From NCBI GenBank assembly GCA_964016885.1, contig OZ024740.1:226920001-226984000 (forward strand): a stretch of 64,000 nt of DNA, in the 5' to 3' direction. The DNA comes from Eledone cirrhosa. Taxonomy: Eukaryota. Shown one piece after another: positions 28,422 through 42,039 of this stretch (the stretch's first letter is position 1; every line of letters starts with the position of its first letter). The position numbers and the translations under genes were made by a program. Below the pieces are notes generated by a model. It was not told the DNA's origin and did not search any database. It saw only the letters and a list, made by a program, of their open reading frames with translations.

Positions 28422-28686
28422 AATATATATATATATAAATACATATATACAACTGGCTTGTCTGGGAGATCAGTAGCCACTGCTTCAGTACTGACTTTGT
28501 CTATGTAGACTCATCCAACCCTTGCCAGTAGGGAAAGTGGACATTAAAACGAAGATGATGATGATGATGATATACAGTGCAGATAATTAGGATGCTTTTC
28601 TGTGGAAGTTACATTGTCCTATATTTGTCTTCTTAGCCATGACCAGAAAGCCAAGTAATGATGCATTTATATATATATATATATAT

Positions 28687-28728
28687 ATACAAATGCTATA
28701 AAAACATAGTATATGCTTTCATATACAC

Positions 28729-28770
<42 letters not shown>

Positions 28771-28807
28771 GTGTATATGAAAGCATATACTATGTTTTTA
28801 TAGTATT

Positions 28808-28812
<5 letters not shown>
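28687..28812. repeat. Palindromic element with a (TA)n centre (GGGGTGTATATGAAAGCATATAC family)
   Basis: Arms TATAAAAACATAGTATATGCTTTCATATACACCCCTA and its reverse complement. Related sequence at 29441-29485 and 49016-49047. Confidence 0.7.
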
Positions 28813-28839
<27 letters not shown>

Positions 28840-28871
28840 CATATATATATATATGCATTTATATATATAAA

Positions 28872-29445
<574 letters not shown>

Positions 29446-31112
29446 GTGTATATGAAAGCATATACTGTGTTTTTATATTATTTGTATGTATGTGTGTGTA
29501 TATATGTACGTGTGTGTATATATGTATGTATGCATACATGTATGTGTGTGTATAAGTGTGTGTATGTGTATGTATGTATATATATGTATGTATGTGATGT
29601 ATTTTTGACAATTAAGAAAATGTTCCAGTTTAATATTTATTGGGTTTTTGTCAGTCATGTTTGTTTATGAAAAAAAGCTTGAGAAAAGAGAAAATAGATT
29701 GTGATTTCCTAAAAGTTCTTTTTTTTTCATTTTTTGACAACTTAATTTGCAGAATTAAGTTGTTAAAAAAATACAGACATATATATTTTTGTAAGTAAAC
29801 ACTTTCTCTTTCCTACATCATGAGACACCATATGTGTTCCTTTTAAACAATATTTGGAAAGTGACAATTAAAATAAAAAAGAAAGGCAAAAAGAAACGAA
29901 TTATTGTTTCAAACTTTAACATAGTTTCTTATTATTATTTTATATTATTATCTTTATATATTTTCTTCAATTTTCTTTTCTTCTTCCTCCATTTGCTTGA
30001 TACAATTCTTATTGTTTTCACTTTTTTTCCCATTTATTTACTAGTCTGTGTATTGTTGTTTTAATTTCTTTCTACATCTATGCCAGAAGTGAACCAGTTA
30101 ATATCCAGCAATGAAAAGGATGCACCATAACCTTGCTGTTTATATTTCATGGTTCCGTTTTATAAATATCTCTTAACAGGCTTTCTCTGCTCTGTTTTCG
30201 TAAATTCATTCTTGGCCACATCTCATCAAAACTCGATGAAATAATCCACCTCCTCCAACTCACTCCCACCCCTTTCATTCCAGCCTTACTGACACTGACT
30301 TGTACATCTGCCAGTTACTCATCGATCCTTCTTCATTTTTTGCTATTCCTACATCCATTGGTCTATGTGGAAAATATCATTTCCAAATATCATCTCTCCA
30401 AACAGTCTATTAAGTTTGCCAGCTTCTTTCTCTCACCCTCGCACACTCACACCTGATAAACTACCACTGAAACACTAGTGTGTAACAGGATGTGACACAA
30501 CTCTGAAAGCAGCTTGTCAGAGTTGTGTGTCTGGTGGTGGTGGTGGGTGTAACTTCTTTTCCTTTCTATCAATGTCTCATATGTTTATTATCGGTTTTTT
30601 TCAGTAATTTTTGTTTTATACTTTTACTGTTCACCAACTCAATTAAGTCAAATATTTTACTCCAGAGTTAACTTCGTTTTTCTTGTTATTCCATTCATGT
30701 TATTTTTTTAGTTAATGTTTATGTTTTTCTTCAACTCTTGACAGATGCCTTCCCTTATCCTCTGGAGAGGAAAATAAATTAAACATTTCCTTTTTACTTG
30801 TCATTTTATTATATCTCCCAGTTGCATACCTAGCCAACATATTGCAGTTGCAGTAATAGTTTGAATATGTCTGCTTTTTTTTTATTTTGCTTCTGTTTTA
30901 CTATGCAAGTGGTCTGTCAGAATGGTTTGAGAAAATAGCCCATTATCATCCAGGGGATCTATATGTTTTAATGATTTTAGTCAGGGTGCAAGATATGTTA
31001 TATGGGTGCCTCCAATCATTCAAATGAATATCACCATGACATTTATTACTTCAAGAAGAAATTATGAAAGCCAACCCATAAAATATAAATACATATACAA
31101 ATACACACACAT

Positions 31113-31157
<45 letters not shown>

Positions 31158-31159
<2 letters not shown>

Positions 31160-31290
31160 ACAAAGAAAGTGTGGTAAGATACCAGGTGGACCATAACGTA
31201 CCAGAGTACTCAATACTTAGGGTAGTAGAGTGGGTAATAGGAAAAGAGTCAGTACCCCAACGGCAGAGCTCCAGACGTTTCCACAGCTAG
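31158..31290 (-). mobile_element. Family P1, diverged partial copy
   Basis: GTGGTAAG..ACCAGGTGGACCATAACG...GAGTACTCAATACTTAGGGTAGTAGAGTGGGTAATAGG is the reverse complement of the P1 body. Confidence 0.7.
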
Positions 31291-31632
31291 ATCTGAACAG
31301 GGATACTTATTATACTCTAAATAGTAACATTTATATACATGTGCATATGTGTGTGTGTGTATGTGCATGTGTTTGTTTGTGTGTGTGTGTGTATTCACAT
31401 TTAACATCTGCTTTCTCAGCTAGCAAATCAATACTGAAGTGAGGCTGCTGACCTCCCAGACAGGCCAAGTGGTCTACATTTCACTTATGTGTGGTCATAC
31501 ATTCTATCAAGTATACAAAAGAAATTCTGGTGTCTTTTGACATAAAGTGAAGGGTCCTCCCACCACCTTCTTTGACATGTTTTCTATGGCCGGATGGCCT
31601 TCCTAACACCAATCACTTTATACCATGTACTG

Positions 31633-31674
<42 letters not shown>

Positions 31675-31676
<2 letters not shown>

Positions 31677-31855
31677 AGGATTTAAATGGATACAGTTCAG
31701 TAAAAGGAATTTATTGACACGTGTTTCAATAACAGTTATATTCCTATTTTCTCCGGATTACTTTTGAAACTACAACTGGAACCATCGAGCAAACCCTACG
31801 TGAGCTGTCCATCTACTGTGTAATATTCATATTACAACACTACGGAAAATACAAT
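31675..31855. mobile_element. (TA)n-embedded fragment with a hammerhead 3' half (GAAACACGTGTC on the - strand at 31716-31727)
   Basis: GAAAC-ACGT-GTC with palindromic stem III followed by AATAAA. The CUGANGA half is absent. Flanked by (TA)n. Confidence 0.45.
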
Positions 31856-31872
31856 ATATATATATATATATA

Positions 31873-31990
31873 GACAGTCCTATGCGAGCAAGACAATCAC
31901 TCTTGCCTCAAGTGGGACTACCCCCGTCCAAACCCATGCAAGCGTGGAACACGGACGTTAAACGTTGATGATGATGATGATGATGATGAT
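31873..31990 (+). mobile_element. RTE LINE extreme 3' tail (subfamily B)
   Basis: Near-identical to 47341-47456, with (GAT)n tail. Confidence 0.8.
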
Positions 31991-34171
31991 ATATACATGC
32001 ATGCATACATGTGTTTTCTCTTCAAAATATTTTTTCGCTTCTTCCTCTTCTTACTCTTGTATATCTTTCTATTTCTTCTTTTTATCTCTCATTCCGTATT
32101 CTGATGACAGACTAATGCCCAAAACGTTAAGACTCTTTTCCTACTGTATCGAGTCATAGGGGTGCTGTAATTGCATTCAGCAATTCTTGGGCATTTTAAA
32201 CATATTGGATCCCATCCCTCTCCATATCTGAACACAGCCCATTTCTTCCAGTGAAGGTTAGAATGTGAGAGGGAGGATGTGAGAAAAAGATATAGAGGAA
32301 GAATCAACACCAGTGCTTGACTGCTATTTTTCTTATTGACCTCGAAATGATGAAAGGCAAAGTTGACCTTGGCGGGATTGGAACTCAGAGATCAGTGAGC
32401 TGAAATCACACCGCAAAGCATTCTTTCTGACATTGGAATGACTCTGGCAATTCGCTGCCTACACAAACTAGTATACAGAGACATAACTGATGATGATGAT
32501 GATATATACATTGATATATATATGTGAGTGTGTGTATACCTAAATATCCTCACACATGTACTTACAGGTATACATACATATAAACTTATATATGCTAAGC
32601 ATTCATCAAACTCAACTCTAACACAAAGTATTAAAAAATATTTAAAAAAATAGAAATAAAATTTCTCCAGATATTTTGCTGACAAGAAATAGTAATTTAA
32701 TGTTTAGGATAAAGAAGACGACAACAACAACAATGGCAATAATAACAACAGCAACAACAGCGATGATGATGATGACGGCAAAGAGAAAAAATTTATTTAT
32801 TTAGTTTATATTTCCAATAATATATAGGCTTGTGAAAAGATAAATTAATCATAATCAATAGCGTATAGGCTGTCAGTAGAATAGATTAAGAATCAATAAA
32901 GACTGGGGAGAGAAATGCATAAATCAGTATTACTTAGTTGGACTTTTGTTGAGAGGACAACTCAAGTACTGCAAGGAGTGCCAGGACAGTCTTTTCTAGA
33001 TAAAATATTGATTTGCTTCTTTGACTAAATACTGAATTCCTTGCATAAACACGAGGTTTCATATTGTTATGGAAAAATATAGAAATTGATGTAATATTTA
33101 TGCCTTTCTTGGGGACATTAGCAATGTCAGATAGGTGAAATAGCTTCAGCTGGCAATGAAAGCTAAGTCATATTCTTGGTTTATTTCCGGGGACGTTTTT
33201 TTTTACTGCTTTTTTACTGTTTAGTGAAAGAAAGAAGGTTCTCTGTGACTGGTGAGAAGGAGGGGGAAAGGTATCCTAAAATCAGGGACCCCATCCAAAT
33301 GTTTGCAATAGTGGTGACTCTGCTAAAGGTAGCCAAGGGCCAGGGAGGGGTGCTAAACTGAGCAACAGATTAAGACTACAACCCAAGTAAACCATGGCGG
33401 GATTTGAACTCAGAATGATAAGAGCCAGAACAAATACTGTGAGGCATCTTGTCTGACATTCTAACAATCGCACAAGTATTCCAGCCTTGAATCGTACTAT
33501 AGTTATCGGCTCCAACAACTGAAGTTAACTTTAGCATGATTTGAACTCAGAGTGCTGAGAGCTGGAACAAATACTGCCAATCATTTTGTCCCATGCTCCA
33601 ATGATTCTACCAATTACCTGTGACACTTACCTCTACCTGATACATTAAGTGTATACTTTTCTATAAGTTCCAGCCTCAAGTTGCTGTTGTTGTTTAAACC
33701 CAGATCAACCAAGGATCACATAATCCAATATATCCTTCCATTTTCGAGATGGAAGATTGTCATTTGAAGGATATTTAGCTGTTATTTCTTACAGCTCAAG
33801 CAGCTACATAAAGGTTCTTGTGTGTTGCTACAGATTTATCAAAAAGAGGAATTGAGAATGTGTGTGTTTTTATGACTATTTTTTCTTAAAGATCAACAGA
33901 AGCCATTTAATTGAGGTATCCTGTGGGATAAAGATAAATCCCCTACACCAGAGACTCGTGTGTTTATCTTATATATATGATGTTGATTTAAAGGTCGTTT
34001 TGAATTTAGACTGTGTATAATGTCCATTATTTCTTTTTCGAAAACTTAATGGATGCAAAGTAAATAGATTCCATCAACTTAGACATCAAAACAAAAACTA
34101 TAAACTCTGTTTGACAAGCTGGTACACTTACTCAATTAAGATTTGGGGGCTTTTTCATATATATATATATA

Positions 34172-34371
34172 CGAGGGCTGGGGGAAAAGTTCATAGGCTG
34201 ACCAAAATACTCCCATGGGAGGACCTAATGAGGTTTAATTTTCAACATAGTCCCTGGAAAGAAACAATGCCGTTATTAATAAGAAGAGTTGAAATTAATG
34301 CATACAAGATTTCACAGCTCGATAGCATCACTCCTTCATAGTTAGCCTTTAAACCTTTCAACCAACCCTTG
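34172..34371. mobile_element. Mariner-type MITE / internally deleted derivative
   Basis: TA on both sides. Imperfect TIRs CGAGGGCTGGGGGAAAAGTTCATAGGCTGAC and GTTAGCCTTTAAACCTTTCAACCAACCCTTG. Confidence 0.65.
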
Positions 34372-34382
34372 TATATTTAAAC

Positions 34383-34833
34383 CGCGGAGTGGGGAGACCC
34401 AAGATGACTTGGGATGAGGTGATAAAAGCCGACTTTACCCAACTACACCTCTCAAAGACAATGACACATGACCGTGACTTCTGGCGTCACGCAGTAATAC
34501 AGGGTACCCGACCTCCCATGGGTACATGCTGAAGCATATAAACAATATTCTCCCACTCCCCCCACCGCAAGGTGGTCGTGGAGGTGCCACGGCAAAAAAG
34601 CACCCAGCCCACACTGTAAAGTGGACGTGTAGGCGCCACGAAAAAGCACCCAGCACTCACTGTAAATGAGGTTGGTGTTAGGAAGGGCATTCAGCTGTAG
34701 AAATCAAGCCAGATCAGTTCCTGTATGAGCAAGGCATGGTCAGCCGACCAGACACTGCCCACAACAGGACAACCCGTCTAACCCATGCTAGAGTGGAAGA
34801 ACGGACGTAAAACGGTGATGATGATGATGATGA
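34383..34833 (+). mobile_element. RTE-clade LINE 3' fragment (subfamily A)
   Basis: Translates RGVGRPKMTWDEVIKADFTQLHLSKTMTHDRDFWRHAVIQGTRPPMGTC*, then a ~290-bp 3'UTR and (GAT)n tail. Confidence 0.9.
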
Positions 34834-35207
34834 TATATGTGTGTGTGTGTGTGTGTGTGTATCAGAGAATGTGGTGACAAATTTGATTACCTCTAGGAAA
34901 CAAAAAACTTCAATATTTTGACCTTTATAATATATTTTACAAATAACTGAACCACATAAAACAACTAGAATTTGATGTGAGTAGGTCCTTTCAAAACTTA
35001 ATTGGAAAATCTGCATATAACCCTCTCCTTTATCTGACATTATGCTTGGTCAGAGTTGACATGGTAATGCCAAACAACAACAAGAATATTTAGCTTACAA
35101 CAAATATGCCTCTATTGTAATTATTGAAACACCACTGTTAATTCTACAAATTTACTTCTGTTGCTGTTACTGCTTCTATTTCTACAAGAAGAAAAATAAC
35201 AACAATA

Positions 35208-35397
35208 TGGTGAATTGGCAGAGTATTGGTAGAGAGTCGGACACCATGCTTTCCAGTATAGTTATGTCCCTTTACGGTCTGAGTTTAAATTGTGTCAGGG
35301 TTAACTTTGCCTTTCATCCTTACGGGGTCGATAAAATAAAGTACCAGTAATGTACTGGGTAATTGTTGGCCTTGAGCCAAAAGTAGAAACAATTATT
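35208..35397 (+). mobile_element. SINE family C
   Basis: Matches the reverse complement of 27414-27596. Confidence 0.85.
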
Positions 35398-35540
35398 ATG
35401 AAAGTCGTTTTTAAAATCTATGTTGTGTTGTCTATGAGTTGAAGGAAATACAGAAGTACACACACAACCCAATAAACTATGTTCACTCTCTCACACTGTA
35501 TTTATCTCTCAAGAACAACAACCTGTCATTATAGTGAAAG

Positions 35541-35726
35541 GGCGGAGGATTGGCAGTATCGGTAGAGGCTTCGACGCCATGCTTTGACGCATAGAGTTAC
35601 GGTCCTTGCCATTCTGAGTTCAAATCCTGCCGAGGTTAACTTTGCCTTTCATCCTTACGGGGTCGATAAAATAAAGTACCAGTAATACACTGGATAATTG
35701 CTGGCCTTGTGCCAAATGTAGAAACA
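35541..35726 (+). mobile_element. SINE family C with 13-bp TSD
   Basis: TSD ATTATAGTGAAAG at 35528-35540 and 35727-35739. Confidence 0.88.
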
Positions 35727-36532
35727 ATTATAGTGAAAGTCTGTTTTTAATGTGTTGTGTTGTCTATATGTTGAAGGACATAGAGACACACACAGAAATA
35801 CACCCACACAAACTATCTCCCCATCAAGAAAAATAACTCCATATTTTCGTTTGTAGTTACATTATAGTTAGTTAGAGGGAGTGGGGTGGAATGAATGAAA
35901 GGTGGACTAGTATTTCCCTCTCTCCATATAGAGAGTGTGACAGACAGACTGTGAGGCACAGCTCTTATTATAGTATAGATTGAACCACCACTGTTAATTC
36001 TATTAATTTACTGCTGTTGCTGTTACTACTTTTCTTTCTATTATAGCTTATGCTGCTCTTGTTGTTGTTGTAAGTAACTTTCAGTGCAGCAACAACACAT
36101 TCCCAATGATTTTACTACCATATTATCAGATCTTGTCTAATTGGAAGAATAGATTTTTCCATTTGCTAAATGATGGTGGTATAATTTTTTTCACCTTTAA
36201 TTCTACTTTCCAGAAACTTCCTGAAAAGCAGTGGAAGTGTTAATTTTACTTACACTTTTTTTTTGTTTTTAAACTCTCCTCTTTCTCTCACTGACTTTAT
36301 TTATCTTTCTCTTTTATTCACTCATCCATCATCTCTCTTTATCTATACACCTCTCTCTATATATATCTACCTATCAAATAATCTATTGTTCAGTCATCCA
36401 TTATCTCAATTTGTGTGCCAATATTGCTTTACTTTTTACATCAGAATGTATATAGTGCATACACAAACACACATGCAACCACACACACACACACATATAT
36501 ATATATGTATATATGTATATATATATTATATA

Positions 36533-37841
36533 CAGGGTGCGGACGATATTTGTTCGCAAGATTACTGTCTAGGAAAAAATAACACAGTAGTTTTATTTTT
36601 CAAGATATATTTATCAAACTTGGGTCAGTTTATCTTCATGACTTGTTCTTTCGATCTCACTCGATAAATCCGCCATTCGCTTTGATGACGGCCTCAAGGC
36701 GGCCTCGGAACTGGCTACAGGCCATCGTCACTGTCCCCCCAACTTAGGTCCCTAAAGGCACTTGTGATCCTGGCCTTCAGATCAGCTTTCGTATTGCAGC
36801 TAGATCTGTTGGTATCTCGTTCCACTGTGACCCACACAAAGAAGTCAAGAGGGTTGCAGTCAGGCAAGCTGGGAGGCCAGATGTCAGGTGAAGTGTGGTC
36901 AACGAAGTTCTCTGACAGCCAGGCTTGGGTCTTTCGGCTGGTATGGCAGGGAGCTGAGTCTTGCTGTCACACGTACAGCCTACCTGCAGCTACCTGGTTG
37001 ATCCAGGTCTTTACTACCTCGCTCAGAACGCGGATGTAGCCATCAGTGTTCAGCTTGAGGCTCTCAGGGAAGAAGTGAGGTGGCATGACGTCACCTTGAC
37101 TGCTGACGACACCTAAGACCAACATTGTCGCTGGAAACTTTGTCTGCTTGACTCTGGGCACATCTTTGGATGAGACAGCGAGCCACCTGTTGTTCTGGGA
37201 GTTGATCTTCTGGTCTTGGCAGAAGTTTTTCTCGTCGGGGAAAAACCACAGCATGTCTGGCTCCAGTGGGTGTTTCAACTTGTTGATCAGCTTCTTTGCA
37301 TGCTTCAGTCGCTTTTTTTGCATCGCCTTTGACAGAAATTGTCCTTTCCTCATCTTGTATGAAGCGTAGCGAATGTCTTCATGTACCACCAGCCTAATGA
37401 GCTTTTCATCCACGCCTTTCTCCCTTGCAATGGCACACATCGACTTGCTAGGTTCATTGTTGATGATATCCTGAACTTCAGCGACGAGCTCGGGCATTGT
37501 GAAGGCGTCAGATCGTCGATCATGTTTTTTTCCTCTCTGATGTTGCTTCGTAGTCTAATCCTGAATCTTCCAATTTCTTTCTGACCTTTTCCACCATTCT
37601 CCTGCTGACGCTGAGAAAGTCTGAAATTTCCTTATTTGTCCTCCCGGTGCAGATTCCAAGAAGAACTCCGTGTCTCTTCCACAAAATTGGAGGTTCAAAA
37701 TAATTCATAATCAATTATTCTGAAAATAAATAATGGAAATATAGTCAATGTTTTTATGAAGACAAGAGTGAAAATGGAAGTAAAAAAAATTTGCATAAAA
37801 TTAGCAGTTGAAAATTGCGAACAAATATCGTCCTCACCCTG
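36533..37841 (-). mobile_element. Full-length Tc1/mariner DNA transposon, DD37D (maT) family
   Basis: 27-bp TIRs CAGGGTG(C/A)GGACGATATTTGTTCGCAA with 1 mismatch, TA flanks, transposase inside. Confidence 0.93.
36657..37708 (-). pseudogene. DD37D transposase, disrupted by two frameshifts and one premature stop
   Basis: N-terminal HTH-like region, WFFPDEKNF (D1), YV*QQDSAPCH (D2), WPPSLPDCNPLD (D3, 37 residues after D2), C-terminal ACSQFRGRLEAVIKANGGFIE*. Frameshifts near 37525 (A run) and 36738 (G run); TGA at 36967-36969. Confidence 0.9.
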
Positions 37842-37856
37842 TATATATATATATAT

Positions 37857-37921
<65 letters not shown>

Positions 37922-38003
37922 TATGTGTGTATATATATATATACATATATATACATACACATATGTATATATATTTATATATACATATGTATGTATTTAT
38001 ATT

Positions 38004-38081
<78 letters not shown>

Positions 38082-38142
38082 CATATATATATATATATAT
38101 AGATACATAAGTATATATATATATATATATGTGTGTGTATAT

Positions 38143-38409
38143 AGACTGCGATGGTATGGACATGTGATGCGCATGGAGGATGACCGATGGGTGAAGAAGT
38201 GCCAAGAAATGCCAGTTGAAGGAAGACGTAGTAGAGGAAGACCACGAAAAACCTGGGCGGAGGTGGTGAGAGCAGACCTCAGATCGCTGAAGCTCACGGT
38301 GGAGATGACAAAGGATCATGACAAGTGGAGAGATGCTGTGCTGAATAGGACCCGTCCCACCCTTGCAAGCAGGGAAAAGCAGATGTAAAATGATGATGAT
38401 GATGATGAT
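38143..38409 (+). mobile_element. RTE-clade LINE 3' fragment (subfamily C, essentially no 3'UTR)
   Basis: [20 protein letters not shown]...[12 protein letters not shown]...DHDKWR, then CCCGTCCCACCCTTGCAAGCAGGGAAAAG and (GAT)n. Confidence 0.9.
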
Positions 38410-38846
38410 ATATATATATATTTATATATATATATATTTATATATATATATATACATATATACATATATATATATATACATAAGTATATAATATATAAAT
38501 ATATATATTATATATATACTTATATATATGTATATGGCTCTATTTCTATCAATATGTTCCAATATTTTTCTGTCTCTATCATATTTTTTTTCGCCATTAA
38601 CGTTTTTTTTCTCATACCTTTTACTTTATCCATTATCGAGAGCCTACCTCTCCCCACAAAACTCCAGTCAACATATTTGTTAACTTTCACTCTTTCATCT
38701 CCACTTGCTACTTTGATTGCTCTTATCTTTAGTTGCATTTTTTTAACTGACTATATATATATATATATATATAATATATATAATATATATATATGAGTAT
38801 ATATATATATATATACACATATATATATATATATATATGTATTATA

Positions 38847-38892
<46 letters not shown>

Positions 38893-38997
38893 TATGTATA
38901 TATGTATTATATATGTATATATATACATATAAGTATATATATTTATATATATGTATATCTATGTATGTATATCTATGTATATATATGTATATATATG

Positions 38998-39030
<33 letters not shown>

Positions 39031-39086
39031 GTATATATATACATATATATATATATATGTATGTATATATATATATGTATATATAT

Positions 39087-39157
<71 letters not shown>

Positions 39158-39832
39158 TGTGGAAAGCAGATGTAAAAGTGATGGTGATGATGATGAATTC
39201 ATTTTCTTCCCACTACTACGATCTTCACGCAAACAAATATACACACAGACACTCAGACATATACATATATATATACATATCTATATAACAAACACACAGA
39301 GAAAGACATACACACATATATCTCAATCCATTTTTATCCTTTGTTTATTTGTTTTTTCTAATTCAAATATTATGTTGTTGTTGGTTTTCATTCTTTTTCT
39401 TCTCTTTCATTTCACGGCTAGCAGCATTAATCAATTTAATATGAGAAGTTCGTCTTTTTTTCAAACTTTCTTCGTCTTACCCCCACAACACACTCTCACT
39501 TACTTACAGACATTCACATACATTCCCATACATATATATGTACATACATACATGTATACATACATACATATATACGTATGCACGTACATACATCCATACA
39601 TACATATATACATTCATACTTACACACATACATATATATATATATGTGCACACATATTCTGCTTCTTTCAAGTTCCTCACACTTAGTCAGTCTTGTTTCA
39701 CCTTCTTGTTTCTCTCATCCTTCCATGATCTCTCTCTCTCTCTCCCTCTCTCCCTCTCTCTTTCAATATATATATATATATCCTCATCATCATCATCGTC
39801 ATCTTGTTTTAACATTTGCTTCCCCTGGACTG

Positions 39833-39866
<34 letters not shown>

Positions 39867-39935
39867 CACACACACACACATATATACATATGTATGCATT
39901 TTTGTATTTACATTTATCTATCTATCTTCCCACTG

Positions 39936-40089
<154 letters not shown>

Positions 40090-40752
40090 TAGTCTGACTC
40101 GTTATCTATCTACCTGTTTTCTCATTTCCTTTGAAGCCATTTACTTTATGGTGTTAGCTTATATCTGCTTATCTTTTAATGGTAGGCTTTCAAAAGTGTT
40201 AAGAACTAAGTTGGCTCAGTTGCTACTTCATAAATGTAAACATTTAGAGAATCCAATCTATGCAACAAGTCCTCCCAACCATCAACACACTCTCTCACAT
40301 TTTCCCTGACGTTTTCTCCCCACCCTCATCCCTGTCTCTATTTATCTCCCTCCCTCTCTCCACTACATTCACACATGTACACATACATATCCATAACACA
40401 TACTGTCCCTCTCTTTGCTATTTGCTTTATGATTATATATATATTAAATTGAAGTGAAATGCATAAATTTTCACACATTCCATTGCTCCCCCCCCCCGCC
40501 CCCCCCCCCCCCACATCATATTTAAATCTACTAAAAACCTGTCAATTAATCTATTTCTCCACTTCCCAACCTATGTCATTCTAGCCATTCTATCACCATC
40601 ACTCAATATGATGCTTGAAATTATGTACAAGTACACACTTGTATGTATGTGTGTGTGTTTATATATATATATATAGATAGATAGATAGATAGATATATAT
40701 ATATATATATATGCATACACACGTATATATATATATATAGATATATATATAT

Positions 40753-41078
40753 ATTGTTATACTTTGGGAGGGTCATGTTGCCAATAAGAAACACACGCAC
40801 CAGTTGCTTTCACTTCAATTTATTATAAATTTATAAATTTATAAATTTATAAATTTCTGGTTGGTTGGTTGGTTGGTTCCACAACCAGATAGTTGTTTAT
40901 ATATAGTCATAGTTATTTCGTCACACACTCTGTGACCTCTTCAGTGACTGGTGATTCATTTCTTTGTTTCTGTGCCACTCCTTTGTTCTGTCCTACGCCA
41001 TTTTGTTTCTGTGTGTGTGTTGTGTGCTCAGTCTGCGCATGCGCCACATCCGGGTGTCTGTGTTTCTTATTGGCAACA
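40753..41078 (-). mobile_element. Hammerhead-containing family P2 copy with a short inverted terminal piece
   Basis: Reverse complement of 3560-3872. 41062-41076 is an inverted copy of ~40778-40792. (TA)n at the 3' end. Confidence 0.75.
40905..40949 (-). ncRNA. Minimal type I hammerhead ribozyme motif
   Basis: AGUCA-CUGAAGA-G-GUCACA-gagug-UGUGAC-GAAA-UAAC-UA-UGACU. Stem III has a mismatch; triplet CUA. Confidence 0.7.
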
Positions 41079-41079
41079 A

Positions 41080-41253
41080 GACCCTCGGCTTTCCACGGCT
41101 AATTCTGGACTGTAGTCCAGAATTAGCAGTCGGAACGGCTTGAGCTCAGCCGTCGGGGTCCTACTCATTCCTATTACCCACTCTACTACCTTAAGTATTA
41201 AGTACTTTGGTGCGTTATGATCCACCTGGTTCCTTACCACATTTCCTTCGTTA
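41080..41253 (+). mobile_element. Family P1 copy directly adjacent to P2
   Basis: GCTAATTCTGGAC-TGTA-GTCCAGAATTAGC hairpin plus P1 body ending TTCCTTCGTTA(TA)n. Confidence 0.75.
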
Positions 41254-41309
41254 TATATATATATATATATATGTTTCTTCCTAATAATCGTCTTTTTCTC
41301 CCTGTTTTC

Positions 41310-41332
<23 letters not shown>

Positions 41333-41340
<8 letters not shown>

Positions 41341-41609
41341 GTCTTAAGCCAGAAGGCTCATTTGGCCAGTGCTTATCCCCGGTTTCATGGCGTGTAGCGA
41401 CTGAAAGTACAAAACTTCCCCCTGGACAGGACGCCAGTCCATCACATGGTTAAACCCCCTGCTATTGCTGGTACTCATTTTCAGCTGCGTATACTGGAGC
41501 AACGTGAAATGAAGTGTTTTGCTCAAGAACATAACACTCAACCCAGGAATCAAACCCACGACATTATGATCGTAAGTCCAACACTCTTACCACTAGGTCA
41601 CGTGCCTCC
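41333..41609 (-). mobile_element. SINE family D, full length
   Basis: Head GGAGGCACGTGACCTAGTGGTAAG, B box GGTTTGATTCC, centre TTCTTGAGCAAAACACTTCATTTCAC, tail GATGGACTGGCGTCCTGTCCAGGGG...AGACAGACTTTA. Confidence 0.88.
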
Positions 41610-41788
41610 ACACACACATATATATATATATATATGCATACATACATAGTATACATATATACATATATACATATGTATATGTATATATATATATATATAT
41701 ATATACATGCATTTTATATATATATATATATAAATATATATATGCATATATACATACAGACATATATATATATATATGCATACATATT

Positions 41789-41819
<31 letters not shown>

Positions 41820-41938
41820 TACATGCATATTATATACATGTATATATATATACATATATATATATATATACACACACAGATACATATTATACATATATAT
41901 ATACACATACATAATATACATATTATACACATATATAT

Positions 41939-42039
<101 letters not shown>

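Noticed and set aside
32950-33360. Non-repetitive-looking stretch that might be an old LINE or an exon
   Set aside because: No motif recognised in the partial manual translation attempted, so no call can be supported.
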